From Azolla caroliniana (taxonomy: Eukaryota > Plantae > Polypodiophyta), in contig JBHGNT010000001.1 in the NCBI GenBank assembly GCA_043228905.1, positions 2,790,001-2,854,000 on the forward strand: a DNA stretch of 64,000 nt, read 5' to 3'. Made by a program: the position numbers and the translations under genes. Of this stretch, positions 52,901-64,000 are shown piece after piece. A model generated the notes under the pieces. That model did no database searches. It was not told the DNA's origin and was given only the letters and a program-made list of their open reading frames with translations. Position 1 is the stretch's first letter. Every line of letters starts with the position of its first letter.

Positions 52901-53942
52901 AAGTTTAATGCAACCTAAAGCCATCAGTGGAAGCAGAAAATCACAAAGGAACCCCCATGTTGATGTTCTGGACAAGGTTCGCCATCATGCTGGGAAAGCA
53001 ACGCCTTCGATGGACTGGCCTGTATTGGGTTACATGATGGGATGGAGAAGACACTTGTGGTTTACCAAATCGGCACACTCAACAATCAGATCAAGCCTTT
53101 GTCAATGTCTTTGGTTTGAAGTAGTAGCACAGCATTATACCATTGAATGCATTCCTACACAGAGAAAAGATCACAGAAGAGAAGCCACACTCCGCATTTT
53201 GGCATCATCTCCAGGCAACCATAGAAACCACTGCTAGGTAGGTCCAGGTATGTATTAGACACTGAGGTCAATCATAGGTATAGACTATGCCACAATAGGG
53301 TAGTTATGTGCATTTAAGTGGCACTGAATTTCATGATATCATCACTGAATTCCGTACATTTAATGGTGTGACATGTACTCACATGTGTAGTAACCCTGTC
53401 TCATAGTTTGGGCAAATCATAAATAGAAATTAAAATAGGCAGAAAATACAACGCCCCTTGGTTTCACACCTCATCTAAACAACAGAGGCATTGCCGAAGC
53501 CACATACCACTGAGCTCTGTGAGAACAACCTATGGCTCCCTTCCAACAAAGCCTGCTGAGCAGTTGGACCTGCTTCACAGCATGGTGTGATATATTCCTG
53601 GCTCTTGGGAGGGAGATTATTGCTCACCAACATTTTTGTCATCAAATGAAAATCAGATTTCAAACATAATGACTCATGCCACCCCCATAATGACCTTGCC
53701 TATATTTTTGAGGCACTAACAATTTTCATATCTCCAGTAAGTAGCATTCTCATCAATAAATTGATGATTGTACTACTTACAATTTGCAAATCCTCAATTC
53801 CTGTTTGACATCACATTTTGTACATTATCTTGAAGTCATGATGGGTGGTTGAAAAATAAGGTCATTGCAAAGTGTCAAGTACCTCAGGTTAATTACAACA
53901 CTGAGACTACATTTGGTGCATAAACATAACCCTTCTATCAGT

Positions 53943-55898
53943 TTATACCATCGATCCTATCTTTTCTTTAGCTCCAACCCTGTCCACAACCTCCCACATG
54001 TATGCATAATTATCATCAGCATACATGTTCGACATGAGTACATACCCAAAACCATCATTCAAACCCAAATCTAAGATTTGATCAAAGACCCATTTTCCAA
54101 TCTCCTTGTTGTTGTAGGTTCTACAACTAGTAAACAGAGACTTCCACAGCACTACATCAGGTGGGGTCGGTATTGTATGAAGCAAGTCTACAGCTTCATC
54201 CAAGCAACCCGAACGACCCAAAAGGTCAACCATGCAGCCATATATCTCAACACCATTTACCATGCCACGCTGCTTTATCATTACATTAAAGTAATCATGA
54301 CCTTGCTCCAGAAGACCAGCATGGCTACATCCAGCAAGAATACTAGTATAGGTTTTATCATCCGGTTCAAGGCCATGTCGTCGCATGTTAATGAAACACT
54401 CATTTGCCAGTATGCATTGACCTTGTTGTGCATAACCTGAAATCATTGCATTCCATGTTACTATGTCATGGTTCTCTAAGCTCTGGAGTGCTCTCCATGA
54501 ATCCTCTAAGCATCCACATTTGGCATACATATCCACAACAGTGTTACCGATGATAAGATCATTCACCAGACCATTTCTGATTAATTCTTTATGAATCAAC
54601 CTTCCCTCGATGATGGCCCCTACATTGGCACAACACTTGAGAGCACACAAAATGGAGATATTGTCTGGCTTTATTCCCTCCTTCTGCATTCTCGCAAACA
54701 AACCTAGCGCAGAAAGACCTTGCCCATCTTGAGCATACCCAGATATTACTGCACTCCATGATATCACATCTCTATTTGGTAAATCATAGAGCACCTTGCA
54801 GGCCTCTTCATGATTCCCACATCTTGAATACATATCAATTAGGGCACTTCCAATAGGCACATCAGTTTCAAATGAACTATCAACGATCTGCTCGTGGACA
54901 AGCATTCCTTCAAGTATGGTTTTAGCCACACCACAAGCTTTTACAATAGATACAAAAATGGCCTTGTTTGGCTCCATATCATTTAGTTGCATGTGATCAT
55001 ACAGATCTAGAGCAAGAAATCCATGTCCAAATTGTGCATATCCAGCGATCATTGCTCCATAGGAGACAATATTCCGAGCTTGAAGCTCATAGAACGACTT
55101 ACAAGCCTCATCTAAACTCCCACATCGAGCGTACATATCAACCACCGTATTTCCTATGTTTGGATCCTTCTCATATCCATGTTTTACAACCATTTCATGT
55201 ATGATTCTTCCTTCTTTTGACGCCTGTACAGTACCACAAGCTTTAAGAATGCACAATAAAGCCACATGATCTGGCTCTATATGTTCCCTTTGCATCTTCT
55301 CAAAAAGCTCCAATGCAACAAACCCTGCTTCTTGATTCATATAACAAGTTAGAATTGCTCCCCAAGAGACTACATTCCGGCTTGACAACCTATTGAAGAG
55401 TTTCATAGCTTCAATAGCATTACCGCATTTGGCATACATATCAACGAGTGCACTCCCCATTACTACATCTGAATCAAGACCAGATTTAGCAATGCCGCTA
55501 TGGATATGTCTACCTTCTTCTTCTCCCAACCTCCCCATACCAGAACAAGCTTTCAAAACACATGATAGCACAAATTTACTTGTTTCCGTACAATCACTAT
55601 TAGCCTGCATGGCATGATAAAGTTGAATTGCTCTGTTATTCTCTCCTACAACAACATGTGCATATATGAAAGCTTGCCATGTGAATGAAGAGGGTTGAGA
55701 AACATTGCAAAAGACAAGAGTAGCTTCAAACAACTTTCCACAGAGAGAAAACAGACGGATCAAATGGTCACACAGAACAGAAACAGAATCTAGACCATGG
55801 CTTACCATTAGGAAGTGAGCTCTTCTGGCCCCAGACAAATCTTTCTTTAGTAAGCTCTTTTGCAAAAGGTTATAGATATGTTCTCTGCAAGCGGACAT
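53943..55898 (-). CDS. PLS-class pentatricopeptide repeat protein with E domain and no DYW, 651 aa, intronless ORF
   Basis: Repeated P-L-S triplets (GSALVDMYAKCG...A..F..L..RNVVSWGA; MQ.E.I.PD; LKACG....G..IH), then ILAGCSHAGLLEQG, YGCMVDLLGRSG, W.SL..SCR and YVLMSNMYA. Confidence 0.95.
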   Translation of the reverse strand: MSACREHIYNLLQKSLLKKDLSGARRAHFLMVSHGLDSVSVLCDHLIRLFSLCGKLFEATLVFCNVSQPSSFTWQAFIYAHVVVGENNRAIQLYHAMQANSDCTETSKFVLSCVLKACSGMGRLGEEEGRHIHSGIAKSGLDSDVVMGSALVDMYAKCGNAIEAMKLFNRLSSRNVVSWGAILTCYMNQEAGFVALELFEKMQREHIEPDHVALLCILKACGTVQASKEGRIIHEMVVKHGYEKDPNIGNTVVDMYARCGSLDEACKSFYELQARNIVSYGAMIAGYAQFGHGFLALDLYDHMQLNDMEPNKAIFVSIVKACGVAKTILEGMLVHEQIVDSSFETDVPIGSALIDMYSRCGNHEEACKVLYDLPNRDVISWSAVISGYAQDGQGLSALGLFARMQKEGIKPDNISILCALKCCANVGAIIEGRLIHKELIRNGLVNDLIIGNTVVDMYAKCGCLEDSWRALQSLENHDIVTWNAMISGYAQQGQCILANECFINMRRHGLEPDDKTYTSILAGCSHAGLLEQGHDYFNVMIKQRGMVNGVEIYGCMVDLLGRSGCLDEAVDLLHTIPTPPDVVLWKSLFTSCRTYNNKEIGKWVFDQILDLGLNDGFGYVLMSNMYADDNYAYMWEVVDRVGAKEKIGSMV

Positions 55899-56385
55899 AC
55901 CTTCCTCTTCTTCGTCTTCTGCATCTGTGGTCTGCTTTTGGTTTTCTCTGTTTGCGAGCTCACGACCACCATAACTACAACTAGCAATTATACGGATACC
56001 TTACTGAGAACCATCGGAAAACAGAGAAAAAATAAAACCTGGGTTTTGTTTATTTCATCAAATACCCCTAAGTTTCCGTAATTCACGATATGCCCTTGAG
56101 TCAATCAAATGTGCTCTCTCTCTCTTCTTCTTTTTCATAAATCAATGTTTGTTATTAAAACAAGTTGATAATACAACCCTTGCTATCTTCACTACTTCAT
56201 AAATAGTGATAGTACAAGGGAAACCCTCTCGAGTATTGCAATACTAGATGACATACCTCCATACCTCTATCTCCTCTTGGGACAATGTCCCCATGCAACA
56301 TAGTTGTGATTATTGCCAAATCAACTTCCCTTTCATCCTACGGAGTTGATCTGTTACCCCATTAAATTCATTAGCCAAGAACCCA

Positions 56386-56389
<4 letters not shown>

Positions 56390-56474
<85 letters not shown>
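56390..56474. repeat. (GT)n microsatellite, about 42 units
   Basis: Directly visible. Confidence 0.97.
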
Positions 56475-56478
<4 letters not shown>

Positions 56479-57801
56479 GCACACAATTATATTAATTGTA
56501 TGTAAAATCCGCTTAGTTACAACACTTCTTAGTCTCCTCTACCTATCATATGTGCCTATGTAGGGAGAGGGACGTCCTGTAATGCCATTAAAAAACCTGA
56601 ATATGCATTTGAGGAAATGATCCCCACATGCTCTAACATCCAAAAATTCCACATGAGAATACCTTTCAGCTTCTTTATATAGGTTTTCACCCCATGTCTA
56701 TTATCAAACATGAACGCCTTACGCATATCCCAATTGTGTTGTAGACCCCAATAACGTAAAAATTGGAACAATATCTCCATCTCATCATTTAAACCATTTT
56801 GAACATACATATTGAGAAAAAACCCATTGTTGATGTATCAAACAACATCGGGTTAAAACGTGCCAAATGTCCGATGAGTACTTCCAAATGGTACACGTTA
56901 TAGGACATTTAATGAACCTATGTGTACAATCCTCCAATGGAATGGTGCGAAAGAAACAAGTGTCGGACCCTAGTCCTCGTCTCTTTAAGGCCGAACCTAA
57001 TGGGAGCCCACCAATCATGACTCTCCATATGAATACCTTTGCACAGAATGGTAGATGGGAATGCCAACCACGTTGTAATATTTTCCACCACCTTGCATCT
57101 GACTTACATACATTCCGTTGCTTTAGGAGATAGCCAAGATAATGATGTCATCGCATGATGACACAATATATTTGTAGTGACCTGTAACAAGTGTGTACCA
57201 TCTTGTAACCGCCAATCCACCCAAGGTGCAAATTTTGTTTTCAATGGCAAAGATCCTTGCAACAATAGTATATCTTGTAATTTCTCCCAAATAAATCCAT
57301 AATTTGGGGGAATACATAACCATTGCTTGACATCTTCAAAATCTGACAACCTTTGAGATTCATTATCAACCACATCTTCCAAATGTACAATCCCCAATCA
57401 AAATAACGATCGAATTGGTCTCAACTTCTCTTTCCCATGCCAAAACAGTTGTCGGGAAGAAACAAACAATTCATTTTGTAATGAATTACAATATTCTTGA
57501 TCAGTTAATGGTCCCCATTTAAAAAGAGATAATGCATCTTGCCACAATCTTACCAAATGTTGTCCACATACAGAATGTTGAATTTTTAGAGGAATACTTC
57601 CATTGAGGAATGTCCACCAGGATGCTTGAATCTTTGTTTTCTCGTGCACCAATCCTTCATGCTCAATAAAATATTGCATCATAGATATCCATGGTTGATC
57701 TTGTTCACATATATCTCGTAATAATGAAAATCTACAAGCCATCAAATGCCTTTCCAAATCCAATATTGTTGCACCACCAAACCTTTTAGGAGAAGCCAAA
57801 T

Positions 57802-57802
<1 letters not shown>
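56475..57802 (-). mobile_element. 5'-truncated degenerate L1-type LINE, copy A
   Basis: Minus-strand ORF remnants SPKRFGGATILDLERH, GGLPLGSALKRRG and CFF...LEDCTHRFIKC (zf-RVT-like). Confidence 0.85.
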
Positions 57803-57834
<32 letters not shown>

Positions 57835-57835
<1 letters not shown>

Positions 57836-58972
57836 AAAGCACATGATTATATTAATTGTATGTAAAATCCACTTGTTGCAACACTTCTTAATCTCCTTTA
57901 CCTATTTATCCTATGTAGGGAGAAGGACGTCCTGTAATGTTGTTGTGTTGCTTCCGTGTACCTCATGAAACGTATTTATAGATCGATGGAGGCTACTAGC
58001 TTGCTTAGCATTTACCTATTAGTACTTAATCTCTCTCCCTTGCTTTACTCTCTTTCACAGAAAGAAGATATTTAGCATTAACACCTCTTCTTGATACAAA
58101 GAGGTTTAACACCATACATGAGGAGGAGATTAGGGTTCGACTTGCTTAGCTCTTAACTCTAATCTCTCTTAACTCCTATGAAAGATTAAGGAGCTAGAAG
58201 AGGAGCTCTTAGTGCTTTAATAGAAAAAGGAGAAACCCTAAGAATCAAGAATAACTTTCAAAGTCACCAAACGGTGGCTTATATAACTTTTTTCAAGGTA
58301 AATGTCTCCCTTTCACACTAGGTTGCCCATTGATCTGCATCGTTTCCCCTTTGGTTTGTTCTATCCCCCTTTTTCCTAAGGTTGGTTGAGCTTGGTGTCT
58401 TGTTGGCACCACAATCTCCACAACCATTGTGGTGATTATCGGATACTTAACAACCACTAGAAAACCAGAATATGCATTTGAGGAAATGATCCTCACATGC
58501 TCTAACATCCAAAAATTCCTCATAAGGATACCTTTCAACTTCTTCATATAGGTTTTCACCCCACCCATGTCTCCTATCAAACATGAACGCATTACACATA
58601 TTCCAATTGTGTTGCAATCCCCAATATCATAAAATTTGGAACAATATCTCCATCTCATCATTTGGACCATTTTGAACATATTGAGAAAAAACCCATTGTT
58701 GATGCCTCAAATAGCAACGGGTTAAAACTTGCCAAATGTCTAATAAGTACTTCCAAATTATACACACTATACGACATTTGATTAACCTATGAGTATTGTC
58801 CTCCAATGGAGTGGTGCAAAAGAAACATGTGCCTAACCCTAGTCCTCATTCGCTTTAAGATTGAACCAAATGGGAGCCCACCAAGAGCCCACCAATCACT
58901 CTCCATATGAGTACCTTTACACGAAATGGCAAATGGAAATGCCAACCACATGGTAATATTTTCCACCACCTT
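57835..58972 (-). mobile_element. Second copy (B) of the same LINE, interrupted by an insertion
   Basis: 57835-57939 plus 58454-58972 are colinear with 56475-57093, sharing AAAAGCAC...TTATATTAATTGTATGTAAAATCC and GAATATGCATTTGAGGAAATGATCC. Confidence 0.9.
57940..58453 (-). mobile_element. Solo-LTR-like 514-bp insertion nested in LINE copy B
   Basis: Absent from copy A; termini TTGTT...AACAA; minus-strand TATATAA near 58282. Confidence 0.65.
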
Positions 58973-61900
58973 ACAAGCAGATCTATATAATATATATAAA
59001 TATCTATATATTATCTACTTGTAAGCTTATATGACTTGTTAAAGGACAGAGCATGAACTTTGTTCATGCAATTATGCTCATTTGCGAAAACATAAGGGTT
59101 TTATGGTGTTTTCCCCTTCAATATTTCATTAGCATAATTTGAAGCAATTAAAGAAAGATTAAAATGAGATTAGAAGAAGACGAGGCCAAAGAATCAACAC
59201 AATAACCACAAGATTCCTCCAATATGAAGCCCAATAATTGGTCTTGAGGGCCTCCAATATCTAATATCATGAGCGGTAAGTGGCATTGCACCTTCAACAA
59301 AAGAGTGGCCAAATGAAGTAATTCAATCACCATAAGAAGTGCGTATGTAGTTCGTGAGCACTATCAATTCCAATTAATTGTATGTATATGTCTAAACCAT
59401 GTTTGTCTTCGATTTGGTCAACCAAGCTAACCATGAGCAAAATAGGCCTATCTTTGGCCTAATCTACTGCATTTGTGTGTTGTGTACACATGTGATTTCT
59501 CTCAAGCCCTCCTACTTAAATGTTACTTTTATTCAATATAATACTTATTACTATGTACATATTAGAATAGGTTGACTACTTTGACTTTGAACACCCAACA
59601 CATTTATTGAGAATGTGATGTGTACACATATGTGACATTCAAACATATTTATGGAGAAATAACTCGTTTTCTTGATGATAATTAAACATAGGTTTAGTGC
59701 ATCCAATATATTATTTTATTCTGATAAATGAACACATTATTAGATCGTAATATTGTGGCAATTAGGCAACACTATTGAGAGCATGGGTTTGAATAATGGA
59801 AAGTGATGACAAAAATACATGCACAACATAAAGAATCAATCATGAATGTGACCATATCAATGTTTAGATATGGGTGGTAAGCGTCAATGGATGGATCTCA
59901 TAAACAAGGCGAATTTTTCTTCAAAAATAGTGATTAAGAATTCGTGATCCCATTCATCTTCAAAATGGCATAATAATTCAACGCTATTCTGTTTCTTAAC
60001 CAAAATATAGTTTTGTGGCATTCAATGTAGGGAACAACAAAGATACATTATTATAATTCGATAAACAAGGAGAATTCTAATGGTTGATATCAAGGATGAT
60101 GTTTGTAATGATAAATCACATATTATACACGACTAAATGTAAAAGTTTTCTTTGAACGATATCTTTTCACTTTATTACAAGGAATAAAGTTCCCTTTACA
60201 TTAGCTTTCTTGAGCACATGATAATGAAGGAAATTCCTAACCATTTCTTGAAGATAAGTTCCAAGGGAGAAATTTGTCATGTGATGTCATTTGCCTTTTT
60301 CATGATCCATAATTATGTCATATTCAACTTTCGCATTAGTTATAAACACATTTCCATTGCTTGCAAATACTCATATAAACAATCTAGGCTAAGGTAACGG
60401 GATTGATTTTACTTTACTTTAAAAAATAAGTAGCATCTTGTGGAACAAAACGATCAAGCTAGGAACAAACCATACAACTTTGTTTCATATATAAAACGTG
60501 TTAGATTAAATGTGTTTCATAATAGAATCTGTGTCAAATCATCATATTGCATCACATGTTAAAATCTATGTAAATTATAATCACTTTGAGTAAAAAAAGA
60601 GAAAGCTAATAGTGCTATGAACAATTTCCCTAAGACACATTATGTTTCCTTTATCTCATACGACGTGTGTCTTCTCATATCCACTCGTTCTCCAACCTCT
60701 CTATCTTGCATGTAAACATAATTTTGTCGATATTAGCTCAGCAATCAATGATATATTAATCCCATTGTTAAATGTGTTCATAACCATCATGACAACAATG
60801 TTGATTGACAGTGTACAATACACTTTAATCATATTTATCACAATGAACAATGATATTTTATTATTAACATTCATTGTTCATGAAAATACCACTGCAAATA
60901 ACAAGTCATCAATTTTCCTAGATCAACATTTCTTTAGTTTGCATTTCCGTTAGTGACATTACCAATTATCTTTAGATGATAAACAACTTTTACACTCTCA
61001 TGTTGATTAGCATATCACCATTCATGTTTCTTGGCATTTATGATGAGTACTTTATTGATTGTATTTAGATGATAAACAAATTTAGATTTCCATGTCGGAA
61101 GTTGAGTGATGTTTTTCAAACTATTAAGGGAGTTTTTAATATTCTAAATGGTAGGGGCAATTTTGAAAAAATCCCTAGTTCATAAGGCAATGGAAACGAT
61201 TGTTGTTCTTATTGAATCTCAATCCACGTGTGCAATTTGCTAAGAAAGACATGTCATGCGCATTTTCTCAAAATGTATATAAATGCTAATAAAGACCACT
61301 ACACATGATTTAATTGTTTACAAATAATGAAGAAATGGGTTTCTTTTATAAGAAGTCAAAATGAGCTGACATTTAAAACGGACATAATCGCTAATGATTG
61401 AGGGTATACTTCAAAGAAATATGTGTACCTACAAGCATAATAAATATGAAAAAAAAAACATGTGCATAAATAGATCATAAAAGAATGAGATAGTGGAACC
61501 ATAAGACTGTTGATTGTTAAGTCAAGAAGGTGGCTACGTAGGTAGCTAAGCAATTGCAAATGGACCCCGGGGTTAGGGGCTTCATTGCAATTTGCACCAA
61601 CCAATGGCAGCATGCAGTAGGTTCAAGTTTGTGCTTTTGCTTTACAAAGCATGTACATGCAAACGAGTGTGGGAGATGCACATGTGTTCAAGCAAATACT
61701 ACCTACTCTTCAATGATATAGTGTATCAAATTTCTCCTTTTTCTATAGAATGACACCCTTCTGGTGCGAAGGACAATCACATTGCAAGCTTAAAGAGGCA
61801 CAAAATTGAATATATTCATGTCAATATGCACAACATAAGTGATTGCATAAGACATACTTTTTATTTGCATAACATTCATCTTGAAAGCCCGCATGTGAAT

Positions 61901-64000
61901 ATCAAAGTCACATTCCATGTGTTTAATTAGTCTTACCTTAAAGAAGGATGTTGTCTTAATTTGGATTGGCATGTTTGATACATTTTGCCCTGTTTTACTC
62001 CATCGTTATTCCTTTTATTACCTTCCACGTGATAACCAAGTGCATCAGATACTTGTCTTTGATGAATTGGTCCTAGTAATAGAATTTGTTAGCGTAATTA
62101 ACTTGACTCAAAGCAATCATATATATATTTGCTTAGAATAAAAACGGTTATCATTTCGTATACAAAAGTTAATGTGCATATTGATTGAATGTTAGTAGGT
62201 CATGCTATGTCCAATTAGTGTAAAGTAATCTTATTACCATTATCTCTCAAAACATGTTGTTTGTAACCTCGTGGAGAAACCTTTTAGTTATGCGCATCTA
62301 TGTATTATGAAGGTTGAGTAGCTCATCCAAGAGGTCGTGATTTCAAATATTATTTTGTGTCAAGTTCCGTACGCAAATGTTATGCCCAAGGTTTCATCTC
62401 ATTTTTCAATGTGCTTGAAACTTGATGTGACGTGAAGTTTGAGATTAACATTCTCCATGTAATGTTTGATTAAAAATTCACGATAACAATTACCTTACTA
62501 GATAATTAAAAAGAAAGTGTTACCAAATCCATACTTTTCTCCTTGAAATTGGACATATATTTCCATCTCATAACATGTAGTGTGAATTGCTACTTAAATT
62601 TCAACTGCTTACAAATTTCTTCATTTAATTCAATCTCGAATGTAAACATTGGAGAATGGTATCATTTGCACTAACTAAAACTTGGTAAAAACATCACTAT
62701 TTCTATTCATTGAACAAGTCCTTAAAACACATCCCTCTTAATTTTGATGCTTGTTGACGTTTTCACATAAACTACGAGGATTTCAAACAATATAAATGAA
62801 ATGGAACTAAGTTAACACATAGAGGTAATTGTCCCATCCAATTGTCCCAAATTCTTAGAATAATGTTGGACATTTTGAGAATTTGCAAGCGAGGAAAACA
62901 ATGGAAGATAAGGATTGTGCATAGACACAAATGCCATATGTCCTTCTAGAAAGCCAACAATGGAATGAACACACTCCTCTTTGTCTAGTCATGTTTTGGC
63001 ATGAGCAAGTTGAAGGGTATGGGCATGACATTGCTCGACCATGGACATGTTCAAGCTTGCTTTCCCCATCCTAGAACCTTGATCAATCCCTCTATACATT
63101 ACTCTATCAATCACAACATGCACTTTCAATTGCAATGTTCATTAGTTAAAGTATTGAACATCGAGAGTGACTTAATCAACTCCAAATCAAAATCCAAGTT
63201 TAAGCCGAAGGACAATAATAAACTCTCTCTCCCTCTCTCTCTAAAGGTTGTGTATCACAATAATACAAAAATCCCTTAGTTTTCCCTCTACAATAACAAG
63301 GATTTTATCACAAATATAAAACCCTACAATGGCAACTCCTTTGAGGAAAAGGTGATTGGGAACCTTAGTTGAAAACATTGCCAATTCAATTTTCTTTTCA
63401 AGACTCCCCCCCCCCCCCCCCCCTTCATCTTCTTCTTCTCTCTCTCTCTCTCTCTCCTCCATGGGATTGGCCCCACACCATAGATCACAATCATATCATG
63501 TGGATGTTAAAAAGATCTCCGCTCCCTCTCTATCACACACACACACACACACACACTCTCTCTCTCTCTCTCTCCCCCTCTCTTTGTGGTTCTTTCAAAG
63601 AGTACAATAATGTATTGTGGGGTTGCATATGGCTCAAGTTAGAGCAAAGTGACACATCAAAACAAAGTTATGTTAAAATTTGAAAGTCTAATAAACGCGT
63701 AGTTTTTAAAAACAATATGTTGGTTCTAAAAGTATTTATCCGCCACAAAGCCTCTGAGATGTTAACTGAAGAGATCAAGGATTAGTAAGAGGCATGAAGC
63801 CAGTAACACCGACACAAGATGTTGGAGTGTGGTGTCTTCAAACCCCACAATTAGTTTTCTTTTTAAAAGGTAAACAAACAAACAAGGTTATTGATTAGTT
63901 TTTTAGTATCGTGAGAACAAGTGGGCTAATGTAATGTAGTTCAAGGAGGTTCAATCGTAAGCGAAATCCAATCGGAAGGGTGGATGTAAAAATGGTTTTG

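Noticed and set aside
54078-55617. Plus-strand ORFs antisense to the PPR gene (also those antisense to CAT and CIPK exons)
   Set aside because: Shadow ORFs of real coding sequence on the opposite strand.

Overview
Eukaryotic, AT-rich land-plant nuclear DNA. The PPR gene type and abundant (GA)n/(GT)n microsatellites suggest a fern, but this is inference only. Four intact protein-coding genes were reconstructed by hand from splice sites: a CAT6/7-type cationic amino acid transporter (+, 5 exons, 505-4978), an intron-rich CBL-interacting kinase CIPK (-, 14 exons, 24982-29130), a clade-A-like PP2C phosphatase (+, 4 coding exons, 47641-49826, with a GC-AG intron and Tyr in place of the ABA-sensing Trp), and an intronless PLS-E PPR gene (-, 53943-55898). 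The rest is decayed LINE and Ty3/gypsy remnants, solo LTRs, MITE-like elements, tandem duplications and microsatellites. The most striking object is a 2-kb poly(A)-tailed insertion (39861-41905) bounded by a perfect 18-bp direct repeat. It combines a ~165-bp tandem array, an uninterrupted xanthine dehydrogenase fragment and a PPR fragment, i.e. a chimeric gene-capturing retro-insertion that the ORF track does not show. A copy of CIPK intron 1 also sits inside a microsatellite about 14 kb from its source.
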